From Escherichia coli (GTDB lineage Bacteria > Pseudomonadota > Gammaproteobacteria > Enterobacterales > Enterobacteriaceae), in NCBI RefSeq assembly GCF_024298765.1, contig NZ_CP101210.1: DNA of 64,000 nucleotides. One strand, 5' to 3'. The translations under genes and the position numbers were made by a program. A model generated the notes under the pieces. It was not told the DNA's origin and did not search any database. It was given only the letters and a program-made list of their open reading frames with translations. This document shows, in pieces, positions 1-8,575 of the stretch (position 1 is its first letter; each line of letters begins with the position of its first letter).

Positions 1-1086
1 GCCACCGATGCGCTTTATACCACAATGCTTACCGGGATGGGGGCGCGACGTCAGCCACTGATGTGGGCCATCACCACCGCCGGGTACAACATTGAGGGGC
101 CGTGCTACGACAAGCGGCGGGAAGTCATCGAGATGCTCAACGGCTCGGTGCCTAACGATGAACTGTTCGGGATCATCTATACCGTTGATGAAGGTGACGA
201 CTGGACCGACCCGCAGGTGCTGGAAAAAGCCAATCCAAATATTGGCGTGTCGGTTTATCGCGAATTTTTGTTAAGTCAGCAGCAGCGTGCGAAAAATAAC
301 GCCCGTCTGGCAAACGTCTTTAAAACGAAACACCTCAATATCTGGGTGTCGGCACGTTCGGCGTATTTCAACCTGGTGAGCTGGCAGAGCTGCGAGGATA
401 AATCACTGACCCTTGAGCAGTTCGAGGGGCAGCCGTGCATTCTGGCCTTTGACCTGGCGCGTAAGCTGGATATGAACAGCATGGCGCGACTTTATACCCG
501 CGAGATTGACGGTAAAACGCATTACTACAGTGTGGCCCCGCGCTTCTGGGTACCGTATGACACGGTGTACAGCGTCGAGAAAAATGAAGATAGACGGACA
601 GCCGAACGCTTTCAGAAATGGGTGGAAATGGGCGTCCTGACCGTTACCGATGGTGCAGAGGTGGATTATCGCTACATCCTCGAAGAGGCCAAAGCGGCGA
701 ACAAAATCAGCCCGGTCAGTGAGTCACCCATCGACCCCTTCGGGGCGACCGGGCTGTCACATGACCTTGCTGATGAAGATCTGAATCCCGTCACTATCGT
801 CCAGAACTTCGCCAATATGTCCGATCCGATGAAAGAGCTGGAAGCAGCGATTGAATCGGGACGCTTTCATCATGACGGCAATCCCATCATGACCTGGTGT
901 ATCGGCAATGTGGTCGGCAAAAACATGCCTGGTAACGATGATTTAGTGAAGCCCGTCAAGGAGCAGGCGGAAAACAAAATCGATGGTGCGGTTGCACTGA
1001 TTATGACGATCGGTCGGGCAATGCTCAAAGAACCTGGCGATTTCCTCTCATCTCTTGATCCGGACGATGATCTCTTAATTCTATGA
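1..1086 (+). CDS. Terminase large subunit, C-terminal part (5' end outside window)
   Basis: Frame of ORF 25..1086 is open back to position 1; sits immediately upstream of portal, protease and capsid genes; stop overlaps next start as ATGA. Confidence 0.75.
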   Translation, partial: ATDALYTTMLTGMGARRQPLMWAITTAGYNIEGPCYDKRREVIEMLNGSVPNDELFGIIYTVDEGDDWTDPQVLEKANPNIGVSVYREFLLSQQQRAKNNARLANVFKTKHLNIWVSARSAYFNLVSWQSCEDKSLTLEQFEGQPCILAFDLARKLDMNSMARLYTREIDGKTHYYSVAPRFWVPYDTVYSVEKNEDRRTAERFQKWVEMGVLTVTDGAEVDYRYILEEAKAANKISPVSESPIDPFGATGLSHDLADEDLNPVTIVQNFANMSDPMKELEAAIESGRFHHDGNPIMTWCIGNVVGKNMPGNDDLVKPVKEQAENKIDGAVALIMTIGRAMLKEPGDFLSSLDPDDDLLIL

Positions 1087-1244
1087 AATCACTAATTGCT
1101 GATGTTATCGGGCTGACTGGTTTTGGCCTGCTTACGTGCGGAGTTTACCTGCAGTTTGGTATGGCTCCGGCTCTGATTTTGTCCGGTGCTTTACTGCTGG
1201 TGGGTGCACTGGTTATGGTCAGAAGGGGGACGCGTGCTGCTTGA
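1083..1244 (+). CDS. Small hydrophobic protein, 53 aa (hypothetical)
   Basis: ATG at 1083 overlaps the terminase stop (ATGA); translation [53 protein letters not shown] looks like two membrane helices; below the ORF-track size cutoff. Confidence 0.3.
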   Translation: MKSLIADVIGLTGFGLLTCGVYLQFGMAPALILSGALLLVGALVMVRRGTRAA

Positions 1245-2460
1245 TGCTCTGTTCAGAAGTAAATCACTGGAGAATCCTTCCACCCCGATAACCGGGGATG
1301 CCGTTGATACTGATGGGCTGTTCCGGGCAGACGTTTATGTCAGTCCTGAAACTGCGATGAAACTGGCTGCGGTGTATTCCTGTATCTATGTCCTGTCTTC
1401 CAGCCTTGCCCAGATGCCGTTGCATGTTATGCGCAGGCACAATGGGAAGGTTGAGCCCGCACGCGATCATCCGGCGTTTTATCTGGTTCATGATGAGCCC
1501 AATACCTGGCAAACCAGTTACAAATGGCGCGAACTGAAGCAACGTCACATCCTTGGCTGGGGGAATGGGTATACCTGGGTGAAACGTAATCGTCGCGGTG
1601 AAGTCATATCTCTGGATTGCTGTATGCCGTGGGAAACGACGCTGATGAATACTGGTGGCCGATACACCTACGGTTTGTACAACGAATATGGGGCGTTTGC
1701 GATCAGCCCCGACGATATGATCCACATCCGAGCGCTGGGTAATAATCAGAAGATGGGGCTGAGTCCGATTATGCAACATGCCGAAACAATAGGCATGGGG
1801 ATGAGCGGTCAGAAGTACACAGAAAGCTTCTTCAGCGGTAATGCCCGTCCGGCGGGGATAGTATCCGTTAAAAGCGGACTCAATAAGGAAAGCTGGGGCT
1901 GGCTTAAAGAACAGTGGCAGAAGGCATCGCAGGCGTTACGCCGCCAGGAAAACAAAACCATGCTGCTGCCAGCCGATCTGGATTACAAGGCACTGACTGT
2001 GTCGCCAGTTGACGCTCAGATCATTGACATGATGAAGCTGAACCGTTCAATGATCGCCGGTATTTTCAATATTCCTGCGCACATGATTAATGACCTCGAA
2101 AAAGCCACCTTCTCCAATATTTCTGCGCAGGCGATTCAGTTTGTCCGCTACACGATGATGCCGTGGGTGACGAACTGGGAGCAGGAGCTTAACCGTCGCT
2201 TGTTTACCCGCGCTGAGTTAGCCGCCGGGTATTACGTCAGGTTCAATCTGACGGGGCTTTTACGCGGAACTCCGCAGGAGCGCGCGCAATTCTATCACTT
2301 CGCTATTACCGATGGATGGATGAGCCGTAATGAGGCCCGCGCATTTGAGGATATGAATCCGGTTGAAGGGCTGGACGAGATGCTGGTAAGCGTGAATGCT
2401 GCTAACCCGGCAGGAGATTTTAAGCCCCCAAAAAACGATGAGGGAAAAACCAATGAATGA
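1186..2460 (+). CDS. Portal protein (HK97-like family)
   Basis: 424 aa ORF between terminase and prohead protease; ORF-track start is GTG at 1186, alternative GTG at 1234 has an AGGGGG Shine-Dalgarno just upstream. Confidence 0.85.
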   Translation: MLYCWWVHWLWSEGGRVLLDALFRSKSLENPSTPITGDAVDTDGLFRADVYVSPETAMKLAAVYSCIYVLSSSLAQMPLHVMRRHNGKVEPARDHPAFYLVHDEPNTWQTSYKWRELKQRHILGWGNGYTWVKRNRRGEVISLDCCMPWETTLMNTGGRYTYGLYNEYGAFAISPDDMIHIRALGNNQKMGLSPIMQHAETIGMGMSGQKYTESFFSGNARPAGIVSVKSGLNKESWGWLKEQWQKASQALRRQENKTMLLPADLDYKALTVSPVDAQIIDMMKLNRSMIAGIFNIPAHMINDLEKATFSNISAQAIQFVRYTMMPWVTNWEQELNRRLFTRAELAAGYYVRFNLTGLLRGTPQERAQFYHFAITDGWMSRNEARAFEDMNPVEGLDEMLVSVNAANPAGDFKPPKNDEGKTNE

Positions 2461-3055
2461 CCGTGAAATCCGTTGTTACAGCGGTGAGGTGCGTGCTGAG
2501 CGGCATGACGATAACCCGGCGCACATTATCGGTTATGGATCGGTGTTTGACTGTCGTTCTGAGCTGATATTCGGTTCATTCCGCGAAATCATCCGGCCCG
2601 GCGCTTTTGACGATGTGCTTGGTGATGATGTACGCGCACTGTTTAACCACGATCCTAATTTTATTCTTGGGCGTAGTGCAGCAGGCACGCTGAATCTTTC
2701 AGTTGATGAGCGCGGATTACGCTATGACATCCAGGCTCCGGAGACACAGACCATTCGTGATCTGGTGCTGGCCCCGATGCAACGTGGAGATATTAACCAG
2801 TCATCTTTCGCTTTCCGTGTCGCCCGTGACGGTGAGGAGTGGTATCAGGATGAGGACGGGGTTGTTATTCGCGAGATAACCCGCTTTTCCCGTCTGCTGG
2901 ATGTCAGTCCTGTGACATATCCTGCCTATCAGGAGGCTGACTCGGCTGTTCGCTCCATGAAAGCATGGCAGGAGGCGCGCAACAGTGGCGCGCTACAGAA
3001 AGCCATTAATCAACGTATGGCGCGTGAACGCGTCCTGACCCTTCTTAACGCGTAA
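2453..3055 (+). CDS. Prohead maturation protease (HK97 family)
   Basis: ATG at 2453 (MNDREIR...) overlapping the portal stop; position between portal and major capsid. Confidence 0.8.
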   Translation: MNDREIRCYSGEVRAERHDDNPAHIIGYGSVFDCRSELIFGSFREIIRPGAFDDVLGDDVRALFNHDPNFILGRSAAGTLNLSVDERGLRYDIQAPETQTIRDLVLAPMQRGDINQSSFAFRVARDGEEWYQDEDGVVIREITRFSRLLDVSPVTYPAYQEADSAVRSMKAWQEARNSGALQKAINQRMARERVLTLLNA

Positions 3056-3065
3056 AGGAAACATC

Positions 3066-4295
3066 ATGAAACTGCATGAACTGAAACAGAAACGTAATAC
3101 TATCGCAACTGACATGCGCGCCCTGAATGAAAAAATTGGTGATAACGCATGGACGGAAGAGCAGCGCACTGAGTGGAACAAAGCAAAATCCGAACTGGAA
3201 GCGCTTGATGAACGAATTGCACGCGAAGAAGAACTGCGTCGTCAGGATCAGGCGTACATTGAAAGCAATGAGGAAGAGCAGCGTCAGAATCTTGATCCGG
3301 AAAACAATCCGCAACAGGATGAGAAACGAGCTCAGGTTTTTGATAAGTGGATGCGTCACGGTGCCAGTGAGCTGACATCAGAAGAACGAAAGGCGTTGCG
3401 TGAACTTCGTGCCCAGGGTGTAGCTCAGGATGAAAAGGGCGGATATACCGTACCAGAAACATTCCTGGCGAAAGTTGTTGAGAAGATGAAATCCTACGGT
3501 GGCATCGCCAGTGTGGCGCAGATTCTGACCACTTCTGACGGTCGCACTATGGAGTGGGCAACAGCTGATGGTACTTCCGAAGTTGGTGTTCTGCTGGGCG
3601 AAAATGAAGAAGCCGGTGAAGAAGACACCGATTTCGGTATGGGAAGTCTTGGGGCGCTCAAAATGACATCGAAAATCATTCGTGTGTCTAATGAGTTGCT
3701 GCAGGACAGCGCGATCGATATGGAAGCTTATCTTGCCCGTCGCATTGCTGAACGTATTGGTCGTGGTGAAGCCCGTTATCTGATTCAGGGAACTGGTGCT
3801 GGTACGCCTAAACAACCCAAAGGGCTGGTCGCATCTGTGACCGGCACAACACAGACTGCCGCGGCAAATACGGTGAAGTGGCAGGAAATTCTGGCTCTGA
3901 AACACAGCATTGATCCTGCATATCGTCGCGGGCCGAAATTCCGCCTGGCGTTTAACGATAATACGCTGAAACTGATCAGTGAGATGGAAGACGGTCAGGG
4001 ACGCCCTTTATGGTTGCCGGATATTGTTGGTGTGGCACCTGCTTCAGTGTTGAATGTACCGTATGTCATTGATCAGGAAATTGATGATATCGGGGCGGGT
4101 AAAAAATTCATGTTCTGTGGTGACTTTGATCGCTTCATTATCCGTCGTGTGCGATACATGATTCTTAAACGTCTGGTTGAGCGTTACGCGGAATATGATC
4201 AGACTGGTTTTCTGGCCTTCCATCGTTTTGACTGTATCCTGGAAGACACCTCTGCCATTAAAGCGCTGGTGGGGAAAGGTAGCGTTGGTGGTTGA
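3066..4295 (+). CDS. Major capsid protein (HK97 fold, with charged N-terminal delta/scaffold domain)
   Basis: 409 aa; N-terminal ~100 residues highly charged and coiled-coil-like (EEQRTEWNKAKSELEALDERIAREEELRRQ), followed by capsid-like body; follows protease. Confidence 0.85.
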   Translation: MKLHELKQKRNTIATDMRALNEKIGDNAWTEEQRTEWNKAKSELEALDERIAREEELRRQDQAYIESNEEEQRQNLDPENNPQQDEKRAQVFDKWMRHGASELTSEERKALRELRAQGVAQDEKGGYTVPETFLAKVVEKMKSYGGIASVAQILTTSDGRTMEWATADGTSEVGVLLGENEEAGEEDTDFGMGSLGALKMTSKIIRVSNELLQDSAIDMEAYLARRIAERIGRGEARYLIQGTGAGTPKQPKGLVASVTGTTQTAAANTVKWQEILALKHSIDPAYRRGPKFRLAFNDNTLKLISEMEDGQGRPLWLPDIVGVAPASVLNVPYVIDQEIDDIGAGKKFMFCGDFDRFIIRRVRYMILKRLVERYAEYDQTGFLAFHRFDCILEDTSAIKALVGKGSVGG

Positions 4296-4320
4296 TTAGT
4301 CTTTTTACGTAATACAGCAC

Positions 4321-4363
4321 GCCGCGTAATGCGGTTTTTTTGTGCCCGCGTTCTGGCGGGCAC
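4321..4363 (+). terminator. Stem-loops with T-run after the capsid gene (putative partial terminator)
   Basis: CCGCGTAATGCGG followed by TTTTTTT, then perfect 8-bp stem GTGCCCGC-loop-GCGGGCAC immediately before the RBS of the next gene. Confidence 0.35.
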
Positions 4364-4373
4364 AGGAGGTTTT

Positions 4374-4697
4374 ATGCTGTTAAAAATGGAAGAGATTAAG
4401 CTTCAGCTCCGTCTGGATGATGATTTCTCTGATGAAGATGAGTTGCTTGAACTGCTTGGTAAGGCCGCTCAGAGTCGTACGGAAAACTTCCTTAACCGTA
4501 AGTTGTATGCAACCGCAGATGACAGGCCTGCGGATGATCCTGATGGGCTTGTGATATCTGATGATGTGAAGCTGGCGCTTCTGCTACTTGTCAGCCATTT
4601 CTACGAAAACCGCTCAACGGTTACAGACGTTGAGAAAATGGAGTTGCCAATGAGTTTTAACTGGTTGGTTGTTCCTTATCGCCTTATACCACTATGA
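4374..4697 (+). CDS. Head-tail connector protein (gp6-like)
   Basis: ATG at 4374 preceded by AGGAGG; small acidic protein in the expected position after capsid. Confidence 0.65.
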   Translation: MLLKMEEIKLQLRLDDDFSDEDELLELLGKAAQSRTENFLNRKLYATADDRPADDPDGLVISDDVKLALLLLVSHFYENRSTVTDVEKMELPMSFNWLVVPYRLIPL

Positions 4698-5104
4698 AAA
4701 TTCGTCAGGCGCAGACCAGCGCAACCTACATTCTGCCGGACCCCGGCGAACTGAATAAACGCGTCCTGATCCGCCAGCGGGTGGATATGCCCGCGGATAA
4801 CTTTGGCGTGGAGCCTCAATACCCGGTTGCGTTCCGGGCATGGGCGAAGGTTATCCAGACCAGTGCCACCACCTGGCAGGAAACCGCGCAGACCGGAGAC
4901 GCCATCACCCATTACATCACCATTCGCTACCGCCGGGGGATCACTGCTGATTATGAGGTGGTCTGTGATGACAGTGTGTACCGGGTGAAACGTCAGCGCG
5001 ATCTGAACGGGGCGCGGCGCTTTCTGCTGCTGGAGTGTACGGAACTGGGCGAATTTACGCAGAGTCACGGAGGCAGCAATGGCGACTCCCTTTTTTCACG
5101 TTGA
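4694..5104 (+). CDS. Head closure / head-tail adaptor protein
   Basis: 136 aa ORF coupled to neighbours by overlapping stop/start; position in head-completion block. Confidence 0.6.
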   Translation: MKIRQAQTSATYILPDPGELNKRVLIRQRVDMPADNFGVEPQYPVAFRAWAKVIQTSATTWQETAQTGDAITHYITIRYRRGITADYEVVCDDSVYRVKRQRDLNGARRFLLLECTELGEFTQSHGGSNGDSLFSR

Positions 5105-5585
5105 TGTTCAGCAGCCCGCGGAGATGCGCTTTAACCGCGCCCGTGTCCGGCGGGCGTTTGTCACGATTGGGCAGCGTCATATGCGTGATGCCCGTCGGCT
5201 GGTGATGCGCCGTGCGCGGTCGGCACCGGGTGAAAACCCCGGTTATCAGACCGGACGCCTGGCTCGTTCGATTGGTTACATGGTGCCGAGAGCCAGTAAA
5301 AAGCGAGCCGGTTTTATGACACGCATTGCCCCTAACCAGCGCAACGGGAAGGGGAACCGGATGATCTCTGGTGACTTCTATCCGGCGTTTCTGTTTTTTG
5401 GTGTCCGGGGAGGAGCAAAACGTCGTCGTAGTCATCATCGTGGTGCATCCGGTGGCAGCGGCTGGCGGCTGGCTCCACGTAATAACTTTATGGTGGAAAC
5501 GCTTGAAAAGAACCGCAGCTGGACACGCTATTTTCTGGCGCGGGAATTGCGTAAATCACTGAAGCCGGAGCGACGACACAGATGA
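5079..5585 (+). CDS. Neck/tail-completion protein (HK97 gp10-like)
   Basis: 168 aa basic protein in the head-tail joining block. Confidence 0.5.
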   Translation: MATPFFHVDVQQPAEMRFNRARVRRAFVTIGQRHMRDARRLVMRRARSAPGENPGYQTGRLARSIGYMVPRASKKRAGFMTRIAPNQRNGKGNRMISGDFYPAFLFFGVRGGAKRRRSHHRGASGGSGWRLAPRNNFMVETLEKNRSWTRYFLARELRKSLKPERRHR

Positions 5586-6142
5586 AACTGACGCCTGTTA
5601 TTGCTGCGCTGCGTGCCCGCTGCCCGTATTTTGAAAACCGGGTGGCAGGCGCGGCACAGTTCAAAAATCTGCCGGAGGTCGGAAAGCTGAGACTCCCGGC
5701 GGCGTATGTGGTACCGGGTGATGACTCTCCGGGAGAAAACAAAAGCCAGACCGACTACTGGCAGGAGCTGAAAGAGGGCTTCTCCGTGGTTGTCATACTG
5801 AGTAACGGGCGTGATGAGCGCGGTCAGTTTGCCTCGTATGATGTGGTGGACGATGTCCGGCAGATGCTCTTTAAGGCTCTGCTGGGCTGGAACCCGGAAG
5901 CGTGCGGTAACCCGATTACCTATGACGGCGGCACGCTGCTGGATCTGAATCGTCATGAGCTGATTTATCAGTTCGATTTTTCGGTCATCAGCGAGCTGAC
6001 CGAAGACGATACCCGCCAGCAGGATGACCTGAACAGTCTGGATGAACTGCGAACGCTGGCGATTGATGTTGATTATCTCGATCCCGGTAACGGGCCTGAC
6101 GGCGATATCGAACATCACACCGAAATAACCCTTCCTTCCTGA
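5582..6142 (+). CDS. Tail-completion/terminator-like protein (Mu gp37-like position)
   Basis: 186 aa ORF overlapping upstream stop; precedes tail sheath gene. Confidence 0.45.
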   Translation: MKLTPVIAALRARCPYFENRVAGAAQFKNLPEVGKLRLPAAYVVPGDDSPGENKSQTDYWQELKEGFSVVVILSNGRDERGQFASYDVVDDVRQMLFKALLGWNPEACGNPITYDGGTLLDLNRHELIYQFDFSVISELTEDDTRQQDDLNSLDELRTLAIDVDYLDPGNGPDGDIEHHTEITLPS

Positions 6143-6150
6143 GAATCTTC

Positions 6151-6321
6151 ATGTTTGTGAAACCTGTTAAAGGGCGGTCAGTTCCTGACCCTGCCCGCGG
6201 TGACCTTTTGCCCGCCGAGGGGCGAAATGTTGATGAGAACAACTACTGGCTGCGCCGTGAAGCAGCGGGTGATATCCGGCGCGTGAATGAAAAGGTGAAT
6301 ACCGATGACGATAAGCTTTAA
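6151..6321 (+). CDS. Small conserved phage protein upstream of tail sheath (56 aa)
   Basis: ATG at 6151, translation MFVKPVKGRSVPDPARGDLLPAEGRNVDENNYWLRREAAGDIRRVNEKVNTDDDKL; overlaps sheath start; not in ORF track (under 60 aa). Confidence 0.4.
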   Translation: MFVKPVKGRSVPDPARGDLLPAEGRNVDENNYWLRREAAGDIRRVNEKVNTDDDKL

Positions 6322-7801
6322 CACCATTCCGTCGAATACGCTGGTTCCGATTTTTTATGCGGAAATGGATAACCAGGCGGCGAATACTGCACAGGACAGC
6401 GGAGCATCGCTGCTGATTGGTCATGCCAATAACGGTGCAGAGATTGTTGCCAACAGTCTGGTGCTGATGCCATCGGCAGACTATGCACGCCAGATTTGTG
6501 GTGCGGGAAGTCAGCTGGCGCGTATGGTCGAGGCTTATCGCCAGACCGACCCGTTTGGTGAACTGTATGTGATTGCCGTTCCTGAATCCACGGGCGCGGC
6601 GGCAACAGTTACGCTGACGGTGACCGGCGCGGCAACCGAAACCGGCACGGTGAATGTTTATGTGGGACGTACCCGCGTGCAGGCTCCGGTGACCAACGGC
6701 GATAACGTCACGACGATTGCCAGCAGTATCCAGGATGCCATCAATGCCGTTCCGGCCCTGCCGTTTACGGCTTCATCTTCGGCAGGCGTGGTCACACTGA
6801 CCGCGCGTCATAAGGGGCTTTGCGGGAATGAAATTCCTGTCAGCCTCAATTACTACGGCTTTGGTGGGGGCGAAGTGCTGCCAGCGGGCGTACAGATTGC
6901 CGTGGCGACGGGGACCGCCGGTACGGGTGCTCCGGTTCTCACCGGCGCGGTGGCTGCAATGGCGGATGAGCCGTTTGATTATATCGGCCTGCCGTTCAAC
7001 GACACGGCCTCCGTTAACACGCTGGTGACCGAGATGAACGATACCAGCGGTCGCTGGAGCTATGCGCGTCAGCTGTATGGTCATGTGTATACGGCAAAGA
7101 TCGGCACGCTGTCAGAACTGGTGACCGCAGGTGACCAGTTTAACCAGCAGCACATTACCCTGGCGGGATACGAAAAAGAGACCCAGACGCCTGCCGACGA
7201 GCTGGCGGCAAGCCGTACCGCCCGCGCAGCGGTGTTTATTCGCAACGATCCGGCACGTCCCACGCAGACCGGTGAGCTGGTGGGTATGCTGCCTGCGCCG
7301 AAGGGGAAACGGTTCACGATGACTGAACAACAGACCCTGCTGTCTCATGGCGTGGCAACGGCGTATGTCGAAAGTGGGGTGCTGCGCATTCAGCGTGATG
7401 TCACCACGTACAGGAAAAACGCTTACGGTGTTGCGGATAACAGCTACCTCGACAGCGAGACGCTGCATACCAGTGCGTATGTACTGCGCAAACTGAAATC
7501 CGTCATTACCAGTAAGTACGGGCGTCACAAGCTTGCCAGCGACGGTACCCGCTTTGGTCCCGGTCAGGCGATTGTCACCCCGGCGGTGATCAAAGGGGAA
7601 CTGCTGGCAACCTACCGTCAGCTTGAGCGTGCGGGGATCGTGGAAAACTACGAACTGTTCAAGCAGTACCTGGTTGTGGAGCGTGATGCCAGCGATCCGA
7701 ACCGCCTGAACACGCTGTTCCCGCCTGACTATGTTAACCAGTTGCGTGTCTTTGCCGTGGTTAACCAGTTCCGTCTTCAGTATTCAGAGGAGTCTGCATA
7801 A
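6305..7801 (+). CDS. Tail sheath protein (contractile tail, Mu-like)
   Basis: 498 aa; followed by tube, chaperone with frameshift, and tape measure in the canonical myovirus order. Confidence 0.85.
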   Translation: MTISFNTIPSNTLVPIFYAEMDNQAANTAQDSGASLLIGHANNGAEIVANSLVLMPSADYARQICGAGSQLARMVEAYRQTDPFGELYVIAVPESTGAAATVTLTVTGAATETGTVNVYVGRTRVQAPVTNGDNVTTIASSIQDAINAVPALPFTASSSAGVVTLTARHKGLCGNEIPVSLNYYGFGGGEVLPAGVQIAVATGTAGTGAPVLTGAVAAMADEPFDYIGLPFNDTASVNTLVTEMNDTSGRWSYARQLYGHVYTAKIGTLSELVTAGDQFNQQHITLAGYEKETQTPADELAASRTARAAVFIRNDPARPTQTGELVGMLPAPKGKRFTMTEQQTLLSHGVATAYVESGVLRIQRDVTTYRKNAYGVADNSYLDSETLHTSAYVLRKLKSVITSKYGRHKLASDGTRFGPGQAIVTPAVIKGELLATYRQLERAGIVENYELFKQYLVVERDASDPNRLNTLFPPDYVNQLRVFAVVNQFRLQYSEESA

Positions 7802-8157
7802 TGGCCCGTATCGGGGGAACCTGTTATTTCAAAATTGACGGTCAGCAGCTATCGCTGACCGGCGGCATTGAGGTGCCCATGAACAGGATGGTTAATGATG
7901 ACATCATCGGCCTGGACGGTTCAGTGGACCGCAAGGAAACTCACCGTGCGCCTTATGTCAAAGGGACCTTCAAGGTGCCGAAGAATTTTCCGGTGGGCAA
8001 AATCACCTCGTCTGATGAGATGACAATCACTGCCGAGCTGGCGAACGGTCAGGTCTATGTACTGTCGTCTGCTTGGCTGCACGGCGAAGCGAACCATAAT
8101 GCCGAAGAAGGCACGGTCGATCTTGAGTTCCACGGTGAAGAAGGGGATTACCAGTAA
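7801..8157 (+). CDS. Tail tube protein
   Basis: 118 aa directly after sheath, start overlapping sheath stop (TAATG). Confidence 0.8.
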   Translation: MARIGGTCYFKIDGQQLSLTGGIEVPMNRMVNDDIIGLDGSVDRKETHRAPYVKGTFKVPKNFPVGKITSSDEMTITAELANGQVYVLSSAWLHGEANHNAEEGTVDLEFHGEEGDYQ

Positions 8158-8426
8158 TGAAAGAGCTTGAGTTAAAGAAACCGATTACCGCTCATGGCGA
8201 GACACTCTCCGTACTGGAGTTTGATGAGCCCACCGGGAAAGATGTCCGCGAGCTGGGGTATCCCTACCAGATGAATCAGGATGAGTCCGTCAGACTTCTG
8301 GCGCATGTGGTATCGAAATATATTGTGCGGCTGGCGAAAGTGCCGCAAAGCTCTGTCGACCAGATGTCTCCGGCAGACCTGAATGCAGCGGCGTGGCTTG
8401 TGGCTGGTTTTTTCCTCCAGGCCTGA
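8157..8426 (+). CDS. Tail assembly chaperone (short form)
   Basis: 89 aa ORF immediately before tape measure; ends just after a T-TTT-TTC slippery heptamer. Confidence 0.7.
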   Translation: MKELELKKPITAHGETLSVLEFDEPTGKDVRELGYPYQMNQDESVRLLAHVVSKYIVRLAKVPQSSVDQMSPADLNAAAWLVAGFFLQA

Positions 8427-8575
8427 CGGCTGAATACCTTACTGATCGCTTCTTTGATTGCGCCAGCTACTGGCGCATTAATCCTTTCGAATTGCTGAAT
8501 ATGCCGATCAGTGAAATTCCCTTGCTGGTCAGTCAGGCAAACAGGATAGAGCAGGAGAAACGCACACATGGCTGA
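8393..8575 (+). CDS. -1 frame extension of tail assembly chaperone (programmed frameshift product, long form 8157..8575)
   Basis: ORF in the -1 frame overlaps the chaperone 3' end; slippery heptamer T_TTT_TTC at 8408..8414; extension ends overlapping the tape measure start. Confidence 0.5.
   Translation: MACGWFFPPGLTAEYLTDRFFDCASYWRINPFELLNMPISEIPLLVSQANRIEQEKRTHG

Noticed and set aside
1264-1779. Antisense ORFs inside well-supported genes (for example 1264..1779, 3378..3905, 11144..11641, 27511..28263, 30562..31176, 46186..46653, 47411..48109)
   Set aside because: Each lies wholly within a longer, confidently identified gene on the opposite strand and has no independent start context; treated as frame noise in GC-rich coding sequence.
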